A stretch of 40,000 bases of DNA from Microcystis novacekii Mn_MB_F_20050700_S1 (lineage in GTDB: Bacteria > Cyanobacteriota > Cyanobacteriia > Cyanobacteriales > Microcystaceae), in NCBI GenBank assembly GCA_007096045.1, contig SFAU01000020.1, positions 21,798-61,797 of the forward strand, given 5' to 3'. Within the stretch, counting starts at the first letter, position 1. The number at the start of each line of letters is the position of its first letter. Shown in pieces: positions 1 through 8,500 of this stretch. Below the pieces are notes generated by a model. That model was not told the origin of the DNA and did no database searches. It saw only the letters and a program-made list of their open reading frames with translations. The position numbers and the translations under genes are program-made.

Positions 1-109
1 TATTAGTATGAGCTTGCGCTAAAACCGTCGGTACGTTTATTAGGGAAATTCCCACTGTTAGCAGTGTTGCCGCTAGAACATTTTTGGGGTTGGAATGTGA
101 AGCAATCAT
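1..109 (-). CDS. Partial CDS (5' end only, continues past window start): N-terminus of an unknown exported protein with a signal-peptide-like sequence
   Basis: Minus-strand ATG at 109-107, with GAGGA at 125-121 upstream. Translation is MIASHSNPKNVLAATLLTVGISLINVPTVLAQAHTN, a hydrophobic core followed by an AQA cleavage-like motif. Only 36 codons are visible. Confidence 0.35.
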   Translation of the reverse strand, partial: MIASHSNPKNVLAATLLTVGISLINVPTVLAQAHTN

Positions 110-123
110 TAATTTTTTAGTCC

Positions 124-164
124 TCTAATCTCAAGGAAACAAAACGTTCTCTCTTGAGATTAGA
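124..164. repeat. Perfect 12-bp inverted repeat (TCTAATCTCAAG / CTTGAGATTAGA) with a 17-nt loop
   Basis: Read directly: arms at 124-135 and 153-164 are exact reverse complements. The repeat lies between the pyrD stop and the start of the partial gene, and it overlaps the GAGGA of that gene by 2 nt. Confidence 0.6.
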
Positions 165-344
165 AGGCTTTTATTAAGGGATTGATAACCTGAGAATAAA
201 AACTCTTTAAGAACTGATGCTTTGTCATAATTATTAATGTTTGTGTAAACAATTGTAAAAAAGCTGGATGCTCACGACCTAGATTCTTTCTATTAACAAT
301 TATCATTTAATCATCGAGCCTAATAAACAATGTCTTTCTTTTGC

Positions 345-1559
345 TTATTCTGACTCCTTAATACTGTCCTGTGACTCTTTCCCTAAGGGAATATTTTTGA
401 TTTTTGGCATAATTCCATTATTAATTCCCACCGCTTGATTAATATTAGTCAACCCATTAGCCTCTAATTTTTCTGTTAATCCTTGTAAAATATTTGATAC
501 TAGCCATGGTCCTCGGTATAACCAACCGGTATAAATCTGTAATAAACTCGCACCGGCGGTAATTTTTTCCCAAGCATCATCGAGGGAAAAAATACCTCCC
601 ACTCCAATTATTGGTAAATTGCCTTGGGTTTGCTGATAGATAAAACGGATCACTTCCGTGGAACGTTCCCGCAAAGGTTGCCCACTAATTCCCCCTGCTT
701 CTTCAGTGATTGGTTTACCGGTTTCAGGCAGAATTGTGGTTGTTAATCCCGTGCGTTTAGTGGTAGTATTAGTAGCGACAATTCCGGCTAATTGATAGGA
801 GAAAGCTAACTCAATAATTGTTATGATATCTTCCCATTCTAAATCGGGAGAAATTTTCACTAATAGGGGTTTTCTGCCTTGATTTTCTGTTTGTAAAATG
901 TCGAGGATTTTATCGAGTTGTTCCCCACTTTGCAGGGAACGCAAACCGGGAGTATTGGGAGAACTAACATTAACGACAAAATAATCAGCATGGGGGAATA
1001 AATAGCGAAAACTGCCTAAATAGTCCTCCGGGGCCTTTTCTAGGGGCGTATTTTTCGATTTACAGAGGTTAATACCGATGGGAATCTGTCGGGGTTGTCG
1101 TTGCCAAGATTGCTGGAGAGTTGCCGCTAGAACCGGCGCTCCGAGGTTATTTGCCCCCATACGGTTTAATCCCGCCAAATCTTCTGGTAAACGAAATAAT
1201 CTCGGTTTTGGGTTGCCCGGTTGCCCTTCTAGGGTGACAGCACCCACCTCAGCAAAACCAAAGCCGAAATTATGCCAAAGTCCTGCCCCTAAACCGTCTT
1301 TATCGAATCCTGCCGCCAATCCGACGGGATTGGGGAAATTTAACCCCCAGAGGCTTTGAGATAGGCGAGAATCGCTAAAACTGAGGGATTCTGATAATTG
1401 TGAGATTAACCATTGTCCCCAAAATCCCTGTCGCGAGCGATCGATTTTTTGCAGAGTATTTAATAATTGTTTTTGTGTTCCCTCTAAATTGCCCCGAATA
1501 GCCTTGAAAGCTAGGGGATAAAATGGTTTAATTGTATCAATTATATTTGTCATAATCAA
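345..1559 (-). CDS. pyrD: Dihydroorotate dehydrogenase (quinone), class 2
   Basis: 404-aa ORF with family motifs [49 protein letters not shown] (catalytic Ser region), ATNTT and GGISGQPL. The start could be Met3 (1553). Confidence 0.9.
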   Translation of the reverse strand: MIMTNIIDTIKPFYPLAFKAIRGNLEGTQKQLLNTLQKIDRSRQGFWGQWLISQLSESLSFSDSRLSQSLWGLNFPNPVGLAAGFDKDGLGAGLWHNFGFGFAEVGAVTLEGQPGNPKPRLFRLPEDLAGLNRMGANNLGAPVLAATLQQSWQRQPRQIPIGINLCKSKNTPLEKAPEDYLGSFRYLFPHADYFVVNVSSPNTPGLRSLQSGEQLDKILDILQTENQGRKPLLVKISPDLEWEDIITIIELAFSYQLAGIVATNTTTKRTGLTTTILPETGKPITEEAGGISGQPLRERSTEVIRFIYQQTQGNLPIIGVGGIFSLDDAWEKITAGASLLQIYTGWLYRGPWLVSNILQGLTEKLEANGLTNINQAVGINNGIMPKIKNIPLGKESQDSIKESE

Positions 1560-1576
1560 GCGGGATTAAGGTGTAG

Positions 1577-1640
1577 GGTGGGTTAGGCGAGGACAAGTTA
1601 TGTTTTTGAAAAAAAATTTTTAAATTCGCCGTAACCCACC
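1577..1640. repeat. Imperfect inverted repeat (GGTGGGTTAGGCGA ... TCGCCGTAACCCACC) around an A/T-rich loop
   Basis: The 14/15-nt arms are complementary with one bulge. It sits in the 92-bp gap between the dnaJ stop (1652) and the pyrD start (1559). No U-tract follows on the minus strand, so it is called a dispersed palindromic element, not a terminator. Confidence 0.55.
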
Positions 1641-1651
1641 TAGCATAATCT

Positions 1652-2527
1652 TTATAAACCTTGACGAGGGTTAAAAGTTTCGATCGCCCGTATTTTTTGA
1701 TAAAGTTCTAATTCTTCGGGGCTAGGATTGGGAGGATTAACTAAGAGAATTTCCACTAATTGATCGCCCCTTTCTCCTTGGGAAGTGGGATAACCTTTAC
1801 TAGCTAAACGTAATCTTTGACCGCTTTTAACTCCCTTAGGAATCATCATTTTAACTAACCCGTCAATGGTGGGAATTTCCACAAAACCGCCCACAATTGC
1901 CTCGCTAGGAGTAATCGGTACTTGACAGACAAGATCGGAACCTTGAATCCTAAAAAAAGGATGCCTAGCGATAGTTATTTTTAAATATAAATCACCCCCT
2001 TCAATACCCTGACCTTTGAGACGAATTTTCTGCCCATCGATCATAGCTGCCGGCATATCAACCTCTATTGATCTACCATCTTCCAGACGAATTCTTTGTC
2101 TGCCACCTTGATAGGCTTTCTCTAAAGGTAAAGTTAATTTTGCCTCCACATCTCGACGAGTTAAACGGGGAGAGGAGGCAATTTTAGCGCGCTTAGTATT
2201 CAGGTTATTAAAATCTCTAAACTTCCATAAATCCTGTTCTGTACGGGGGATTTTTCCATTACCGTTACTATTCGCTTTTTCCCCCGGACGTATCCCGCGG
2301 CGCTTAATCCCCGTCAAGGAACGATTATACTCAACCCGTTTTTCTTCATCGGAGAGAACATCATAAGCTTCATTAATATCTTTAAACTTTTCTTCGGCCG
2401 ATTTATCCCCCGGATTAACATCAGGATGATATTGACGCGCTAGTCGTCGAAAAGCCTTTTTGATCTCGTCACTGGTAGCCGTGCGAGATACTCCTAAAAC
2501 ATCATAATAATTAACTAATTGTGGCAT
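1652..2527 (-). CDS. dnaJ: DnaJ-family co-chaperone (J domain plus DnaJ C-terminal substrate-binding domains, no Zn-finger; CbpA/DnaJ3-like)
   Basis: 291-aa ORF. N-terminal J domain [35 protein letters not shown] contains the HPD motif. There are no CxxCxGxG repeats. The C-terminal beta-domain is typical of DnaJ_C. It lies downstream of dnaK on the same strand. Confidence 0.9.
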   Translation of the reverse strand: MPQLVNYYDVLGVSRTATSDEIKKAFRRLARQYHPDVNPGDKSAEEKFKDINEAYDVLSDEEKRVEYNRSLTGIKRRGIRPGEKANSNGNGKIPRTEQDLWKFRDFNNLNTKRAKIASSPRLTRRDVEAKLTLPLEKAYQGGRQRIRLEDGRSIEVDMPAAMIDGQKIRLKGQGIEGGDLYLKITIARHPFFRIQGSDLVCQVPITPSEAIVGGFVEIPTIDGLVKMMIPKGVKSGQRLRLASKGYPTSQGERGDQLVEILLVNPPNPSPEELELYQKIRAIETFNPRQGL

Positions 2528-2531
2528 ATAT

Positions 2532-2615
2532 TCAGTTATCAGTTATCAGTTATCAGTTATCAGTTATCAGTCATCAGTCATCAGTTATCGGTTATCAGTT
2601 ATCAGTCATCAGTTA
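2532..2615. repeat. Tandem heptamer array, 12 units of TCAGTTA (variants TCAGTCA, TCGGTTA)
   Basis: Counted directly: 12 contiguous 7-bp units starting 5 bp from the dnaJ start codon. It resembles the cyanobacterial STRR class of heptanucleotide repeats. Confidence 0.9.
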
Positions 2616-2640
2616 AGTAGGGAGGCACAATTATTTGTAG

Positions 2641-2703
2641 GATGGGTTAGCGGTAGCTTAACATAATCGGGCGTTGGGTTTCATGCTTCAACCCAACCTA
2701 CGT
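2641..2703. repeat. Dispersed palindromic element containing the hairpin GTTGGGTT-(9 nt)-AACCCAAC
   Basis: Stem arms at 2673-2680 and 2690-2697 are exact complements. The upstream GGGTTAGCGG resembles the GGGTTAGGCG arm of the element at 1577-1640. Confidence 0.5.
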
Positions 2704-2729
2704 TCATCTTATATTTAATTCCACCCACC

Positions 2730-2760
2730 CACTTATCACTTATCAGTTATCAGTTATCAG
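2730..2760. repeat. Second heptamer array (CACTTAT x2, CAGTTAT x2, then CAG), same orientation as 2532-2615
   Basis: Read directly from the sequence. Confidence 0.8.
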
Positions 2761-2828
2761 ATTTGAGTTTTAAGTGAGCAGTATGTATTAAGCGAGCAGT
2801 ATTAAATAGTAGTTTCCCACTGTCTTTT

Positions 2829-2863
2829 CACTGTTTACTGATCACTGTTTACTGATCACTGAT
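2829..2863. repeat. Tandem 14-bp repeat CACTGTTTACTGAT x2.5 (two alternating heptamers), inverted relative to the 2532-2615 array
   Basis: Read directly. The reverse complement is ATCAGTGATCAGTAAACAGTG..., which resembles ATCAGTTATCAGTT. The array abuts the dnaK stop codon (2865-2863). Confidence 0.8.
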
Positions 2864-5025
2864 TAAAACCAATCATCATCGTCATCATCCCAGTTATTTT
2901 GGGGGGGAATATTGCGGGAACGATTGCCGCCGCTGCGGTTACTTTTACTATTGTTATAACTTTTTTCCTCCGAACGGGGGGGACTTGACCAATCGCTATC
3001 GCGGCCATTGTCGTAATTGTCCTGATTGCGGGGGCGATAACTATCTTGATTAGCCGAATAATTGGGTCGATAATCACTTTGATAACCCGGTGTAGTGGGA
3101 CGATAATCCTGACGATAACGATCGCGGCGCGGTTCGTAGGGAAGCTCATCTTCCTTATCCCCGGTAAAAGTCTTGCGAATAGCGCTAAAAAAGCCCTCGT
3201 CTTCCTCGTCGTATTGTAGCCGTACCTCGCGATTTAATTCATAGATAACATCCTGTAGGTCTGCTTGGGCGCGATCAATGCGACGGTCATCATTTTTCTC
3301 CAAAGCGTCGATAATTTCCGTACTCAAAGACTCAATTTGACGACGATAGGAACGGGTAAACTCATTACCAAAATCGAGAGTAACATCTTTTAAGCGTCGT
3401 TGGGCTTGATCCACCAGAGAGCGGGCGCGATTGCGTTTATCGACCTTTTCGCGACGGGTACGATCTGCTTCGGCAAATCGGGCAGCATCGCCGATCATGC
3501 GGTTAATTTCCCCTTCGCTGAGGGTAGAAGCACCTTGAATGGTGACACTTTGCTCCCGTCCGGTCATTTTATCCCTAGCGGTGACTTGTAGAATACCGTT
3601 AGCATCGATATCGAGGGACACCTGCACTTGGGGAATACCCCGGGGTGCGGGGGGGATACCGGTTAATTTAAAACGTCCCAGGGATTTATTATCGCTGGCC
3701 ATTTCCCTTTCCCCCTGCAAAACGTGGATTTCCACCACAGTTTGATTATTTTCGGAAGTGGAAAAAAGGTCAGATCTGCGGACGGGAATAGTGGTATTGC
3801 GGGGAATTAACTTTTTCATCACACCGCCGATGGTTTCTAAACCCAACGATAAAGGGGTCACATCGAGGAGCAGCACGTCTTTGACCTCGCCGCCCAAAAT
3901 TCCCGCTTGAATAGCCGCGCCGACCGCTACAACCTCATCAGGGTTAACATTTTGATTGGGTTCCCTATCGATAAAACTCCGCACTAAATCCTTAACCACC
4001 GGCATCCGCGTGCCGCCGCCCACCAGTACCACTTCATCGAGTTGAACGGGGGACAAACCGGCATCAGAAAGCGCGCGTTTGAGAGGACGACGGAGACGAC
4101 TGATTAAATCGCCGCATAACTCCTCAAATTGCGCCCGACTCAGGCGAGTTTCGATGTGTTTGGGTCCGTCTTCCGTGGCGATAATAAAGGGTAGATTAAT
4201 ATCGGTGACGCTGACCCCAGATAGTTCTATTTTGGCTTTTTCTGCCGCTTCTGTGAGTCTTTGTAAGGCTTGCCGGTCTTGGCGCAGCTCCACGCCTTCC
4301 TGTTCCAAAAACTGATTGGCTAACCAATCGACGATTCTTTTATCGAAATCATTACCGCCTAATTGGGTGTCGCCACTGGTGGCTTTCACCTCAAAAACAC
4401 CGTCACCCACTTCCAGAATAGAAACATCAAAAGTACCGCCTCCCAGGTCAAAAACGAGGATTTTCTTGCTTTCCTGTTCATCGAGACCGTAGGCTAGGGC
4501 AGCGGCGGTGGGTTCGTTGAGAATCCGCAGCACTTCTAACCCGGCAATTCGGCCCGCATCCCGGGTGGCTTGACGTTGGGAGTCATTAAAATAGGCGGGG
4601 ACGGTGATGACGGCCCCGGTCACTTCTTCCCCTAGATAACGGCTGGCTTCTTCGGCTAATCGGCGTAAAACTAGGGCGGAAATTTCTTCGGGGGCGAATT
4701 CTTTTTGCAGACGGGGGCATTTAATTTTGATATTGCCCATCTCATCCCGGCGGATGGTGTAGGGGACGCGCTTCGATTCGGGGTTTAATTCCGAGTAGCG
4801 ACGACCTATGTAGCGTTTGACTCCATAGTAGGTGTTTTGGGGATTGAGTACCCCTTGTCGCCGGGCCATTTGACCGACGACTAACTCCCCATCTTTATTA
4901 AAACCGACCACAGAAGGGGTGGTTCTCATGCCCTCCGAGTTGGCGATGACCACTGGCTTTCCGCCTTCCATCACGGCGACGACGGAGTTAGTTGTCCCTA
5001 GATCAATGCCTACTACTCTACCCAT
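2863..5025 (-). CDS. dnaK: Hsp70 chaperone DnaK with a long low-complexity C-terminal extension (DnaK3-like)
   Basis: 720-aa ORF with Hsp70 signatures [19 protein letters not shown] and [10 protein letters not shown]. The last ~110 aa are R/D/Y/N/S/P-rich and end in DDDDDDWF. It is followed by a dnaJ-type gene, as in the cyanobacterial dnaK3-dnaJ3 pairs. Confidence 0.95.
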   Translation of the reverse strand: MGRVVGIDLGTTNSVVAVMEGGKPVVIANSEGMRTTPSVVGFNKDGELVVGQMARRQGVLNPQNTYYGVKRYIGRRYSELNPESKRVPYTIRRDEMGNIKIKCPRLQKEFAPEEISALVLRRLAEEASRYLGEEVTGAVITVPAYFNDSQRQATRDAGRIAGLEVLRILNEPTAAALAYGLDEQESKKILVFDLGGGTFDVSILEVGDGVFEVKATSGDTQLGGNDFDKRIVDWLANQFLEQEGVELRQDRQALQRLTEAAEKAKIELSGVSVTDINLPFIIATEDGPKHIETRLSRAQFEELCGDLISRLRRPLKRALSDAGLSPVQLDEVVLVGGGTRMPVVKDLVRSFIDREPNQNVNPDEVVAVGAAIQAGILGGEVKDVLLLDVTPLSLGLETIGGVMKKLIPRNTTIPVRRSDLFSTSENNQTVVEIHVLQGEREMASDNKSLGRFKLTGIPPAPRGIPQVQVSLDIDANGILQVTARDKMTGREQSVTIQGASTLSEGEINRMIGDAARFAEADRTRREKVDKRNRARSLVDQAQRRLKDVTLDFGNEFTRSYRRQIESLSTEIIDALEKNDDRRIDRAQADLQDVIYELNREVRLQYDEEDEGFFSAIRKTFTGDKEDELPYEPRRDRYRQDYRPTTPGYQSDYRPNYSANQDSYRPRNQDNYDNGRDSDWSSPPRSEEKSYNNSKSNRSGGNRSRNIPPQNNWDDDDDDWF

Positions 5026-5279
5026 GCTTGTTTTTGTCTCCCCCTAGATTTCGATAACTTCGGGACTTTTACCTTCGATCGATAGTTTAAATCGCTTAAT
5101 GCTTGTTGACAATATTGTACCGAATTGTCTTAGGTTCTCGCTCTCGCTTCGGGGCGATTAAGGGTGTGATTACCGAAGTGGTCTTTTAGCGACTCTGGCG
5201 ATCGGGCTTGGGGGGTTTAATAGTGCGAGACCAGCAGAGCAGAGCTTAGGAACCCACACCAGGTTATTGGAGATATCTG

Positions 5280-5309
5280 TTGACAATTACTACCTCGATG
5301 AAGTATGAT
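5280..5309 (+). promoter_or_regulatory. Sigma70-type promoter candidate for mcyD: TTGACA (5280-5285), 18-nt spacer, TATGAT (5304-5309)
   Basis: A consensus -35 and a near-consensus -10 were read directly. The predicted start near 5316 is ~205 nt upstream of the mcyD ATG. This is close to the published mcyD start site (about -206, recalled from Kaebernick et al. 2002). Confidence 0.55.
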
Positions 5310-5358
5310 TGCCTTTCGACTCATAAGAGGCGAAGAGGTGAAAAAGAGGTGGAAGTCT

Positions 5359-5388
5359 CAGTGAGGTGCGGGGAAAAATTCCTCACTG
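5359..5388 (+). other. 8-bp stem hairpin (CAGTGAGG / CCTCACTG, 14-nt loop) in the putative mcyD 5' leader
   Basis: Arms at 5359-5366 and 5381-5388 are exact complements. The function is unknown. Confidence 0.3.
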
Positions 5389-5520
5389 TAAGCCATCAAA
5401 TTAATCGACTTACTCGGCAAAACACCCTAACCCCAACAATCTACACCCTGTTTCACTGTCCATCTGCTTGTCACCCCGTCAGTCGCAATAATTATTCTGT
5501 TCCAAGTCGAGTCTAACACT

Positions 5521-8500
5521 ATGGACTTTCAAGATAAAAAGAACTTATCCGAAAACGAGCAATCAATCCAAACTAGAGTTTTTAAAGCTCTTAGTGAAGC
5601 TAAAGAAAAATTAAAAGCTTTCGAGTCTCAACAAAGCGAACCTTTAGCTATCGTGGGTTTAGGTTGTCGTTTCGGTCATAATATTGCGACACCTGAATCC
5701 TTCTGGTCTTTCCTGAAAGCGGGTAAAAATCACCTCAGAGCAATACCTAATGAGCGCTGGAACCAGCAGGATTTTTATGATTCAGATCGGAATAAAGTGG
5801 GTAAAATCTACGTTTCCCAAGGGGGATTTCTCGATGATGTCTCCCAGTTTGATGCCCATTTTTTCGGAATTGCTCCCAAGGAAGCCGTCGCTATGGATCC
5901 TCAGCAAAGATTGCTTTTAGAGGTAGCCTATGAAGCCTTGGAAAATGCAGGAATGGCAACAACGACAGCTAGGAGGGGAAAAACAGGGGTTTTTATCGGT
6001 ATTACTAACAATGACTATGCCCGTATTCTTACCTCAAATGAGGACTATAATGCCATTGGTGCTTATCATATTTCGGGCAATCATACTAATGCGGCAGCTG
6101 GGCGTATTTCTTACCTTTTAAATCTTAATGGTCCGAGTTTGGCAGTAGATACCGCTTGTTCTTCTTCCTTAGTCGCTGTTCATCTCGCTTGTCGTTCCTT
6201 ACGTTCCCAAGAATGCAGACAAGCTTTAGTCGGAGGAGTGAACTTAGTTTTAACTCCAGAAGTCGTCATCGCCTTGTGCCGCAATCAGATGTTAGCCGCC
6301 GATGGCCAATGCAAAACCTTTGACGAAAGTGCCGATGGGTTTGGGATAGGGGAAGGTTGCGGAGTCATCGTCTTAAAAAGACTCAGTGACGCTCTTGAAG
6401 ATGGTGATCACATTTGGGCCGTGATTCGAGGGACCGCAGTCAACAACGATGGGGCCAGTGGCGGCTTTACCGTTCCTAATGGGCCCGTACAGAGAGAATT
6501 AATCAGAGAAGCTCTAGCTGACGCTCGTTTAAATGCCGAGGCTATCGATTATGTTGAAGCTCACGGTACAGGAACATCTTTGGGAGATCCCATCGAAATT
6601 AAAGCCATAGCCGAGGCATTATGCGTCAATCGTCGGAAATCTAACCCTTTATTAGTCGGTTCTCTGAAAACTAATTTAGGTCATCTGGCGGCGGCGGCGG
6701 GAATTTCAGGATTAATTAAAACCGCATTATCGCTGCACTACCGTGAAATTCCGGCTCATCTAAATCTTAAAAAACCCAATCCTCATATTAATTGGGATGC
6801 CTTACCGATTAGTATCGTTAGCCAAAATTGTCCTTGGAATGTTAATAATGGCAAGCTCAAAGCGGCTGGAGTCAGTTCTTTTGGAGCATCGGGAACCAAC
6901 GCTCATGTTATTTTAAGTGAACCGCCTCAACCGCAAACCCAAACCCCAAAAATATCCCCCATTCTCGTTACTTTCTCGGCTAAGGAACCCGAACGTTTAC
7001 GTCTTTTTACGACTCAATTTGTGGATGAGCTTGAGCAGAAAACAGCTCTCAACGTCAAGGACATTGCTCTATCTTTAAATACTGGTCGTTTCCCCCATAA
7101 ACATCGTCTCGCTCTTTTAGTTTCTAATCAAGAGAATCTGCGCCAAGGAATTCAGGCTTTTCTCAATAGCAATGGGGATGAAAAGCAATTTCAAAATATT
7201 CAAAATAATAGCTTCGACATCATTTATGGAGAAGCGCAAAGCCATCCTAAAGTTGCTTTTCTCTGCAATGACGAGGAAGAAATTAGTCCAGAAATCATTG
7301 AAAATCTGCTCAATAATGAGCCAGTATTTCATGAGGCTTTTAGGCAGTGCGAGCATCTGTTTAAAAAATATTTAGAATTTTCTCTTCAGGAATTATTGTC
7401 ATCTAAAAAAGCCTTAGATACTCAGATTTCTTTGTCTGTACAACCGCTATTATTTGCCTATCAATATGCTCTTTGTGAACTCTGGAAATCGTGGGGAATT
7501 TCTCCTGCTGCAATTTTAGGTTCTGGATTAGGGGAATATCTCGCCGCTCAACAAGCGGGCGTTTTTTCCCTTGAAGATACCGTCAAGCTGGTGGCGAAAC
7601 GCACCAGAATTAGCCCACAAAACCCCAACTCAGAAGACCTTTTATCCTTACTTAAAAGCACCCCAGAAGTCGATTCTAACTCCCCCGATATTACCCTAAT
7701 TTATCAGGGTGAAGTTGTGAAAAAATCTCTCACAAATTTGGTGAATAGAGGGGAAAAGATTGGGCAGAAATCCGACGAAATCGCCCAGGGAATTTCTACT
7801 CTGCATCAAATGGGATATCAAATCTTCCTAGAAATGGGAATCGGTGCCAATCTCATTAATATAGGTCGTCAAAAGTTAGGGGTAAATTCAATTCTATGGT
7901 TATCTAGTTTAGGGAAAGATTGTCACAGTGACCACCATGAGCAAAGGGTGCTAGGTCAACTTTATGTGAGAGGATTTAATATTAACTGGGAAGCCTTCCA
8001 TCGCTCACATCCAGGGCAAAAAATTAGTTTACCTAATTCGCCTTTTATCCGCAAACGCTACTGGATAGATTCTGGCAATAAATCAGAGTCTTCTAGCTAT
8101 AAAAACCCTAATTATTACTCTGGACATCCCTTACTAGGCGATCATTTTCCTTCTCCCTTAGCTCTGCTTCAATATCGAGGGAGCATTAGTCAACATAAAC
8201 CTGCATTTTTAGGAGAACATCAGGTTTTTGATCAGGCCATATTGCCAGCATCTGCCTTAATAGAAATGGCCTTAGCTGCTGGGGAGAATCAAAAAGTTAT
8301 TTTAGAAAATGTTGAATTTAAGAAGGCATTAATTTTAAAAGATACGGAAGACACATTACAGTTAATCATTGAGCAAAAAAGCTTTAAAATTTACCATGCA
8401 CTTGAGCCAAATTGGGAAGTATTAGTTACTGGAAAAATTGAGGAATTGAAATCAACTAATTTAACCCATTGTCATCTGGAAGAAATCGCAAAAAATTGTT

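Noticed and set aside
1078-1359. 93-aa plus-strand ORF inside pyrD
   Set aside because: It is antisense to a strongly supported pyrD CDS, and its Arg/Pro/Cys-rich composition is typical of antisense frames.
2532-2863. Repeat arrays as a possible CRISPR locus
   Set aside because: The units are 7 or 14 bp and directly tandem, with no unique spacers. No cas genes are present in the window.
2856-3149. 97-aa minus-strand ORF overlapping the dnaK 3' end
   Set aside because: It is an out-of-frame reading of the low-complexity dnaK tail. The highly repetitive I/V/A/P sequence is an artefact.
3400-4315. Plus-strand ORFs of 63-78 aa (3400-3591, 3539-3745, 4079-4315)
   Set aside because: They are antisense to dnaK and have no motifs. 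They are too short and overlap a high-confidence CDS.
5280-5516. 78-aa ORF immediately upstream of mcyD
   Set aside because: It begins at a TTG that is part of the TTGACA -35 box and has no RBS. Its composition is Arg/Thr/Ser-rich and non-protein-like. The region is better explained as the mcyD promoter and leader.
1-5520. A search for a transposase/IS element or integrase that could explain the loss of mcyA-C
   Set aside because: All sizeable ORFs are accounted for by housekeeping genes. No transposase-like ORF or terminal inverted repeats flank the junction.
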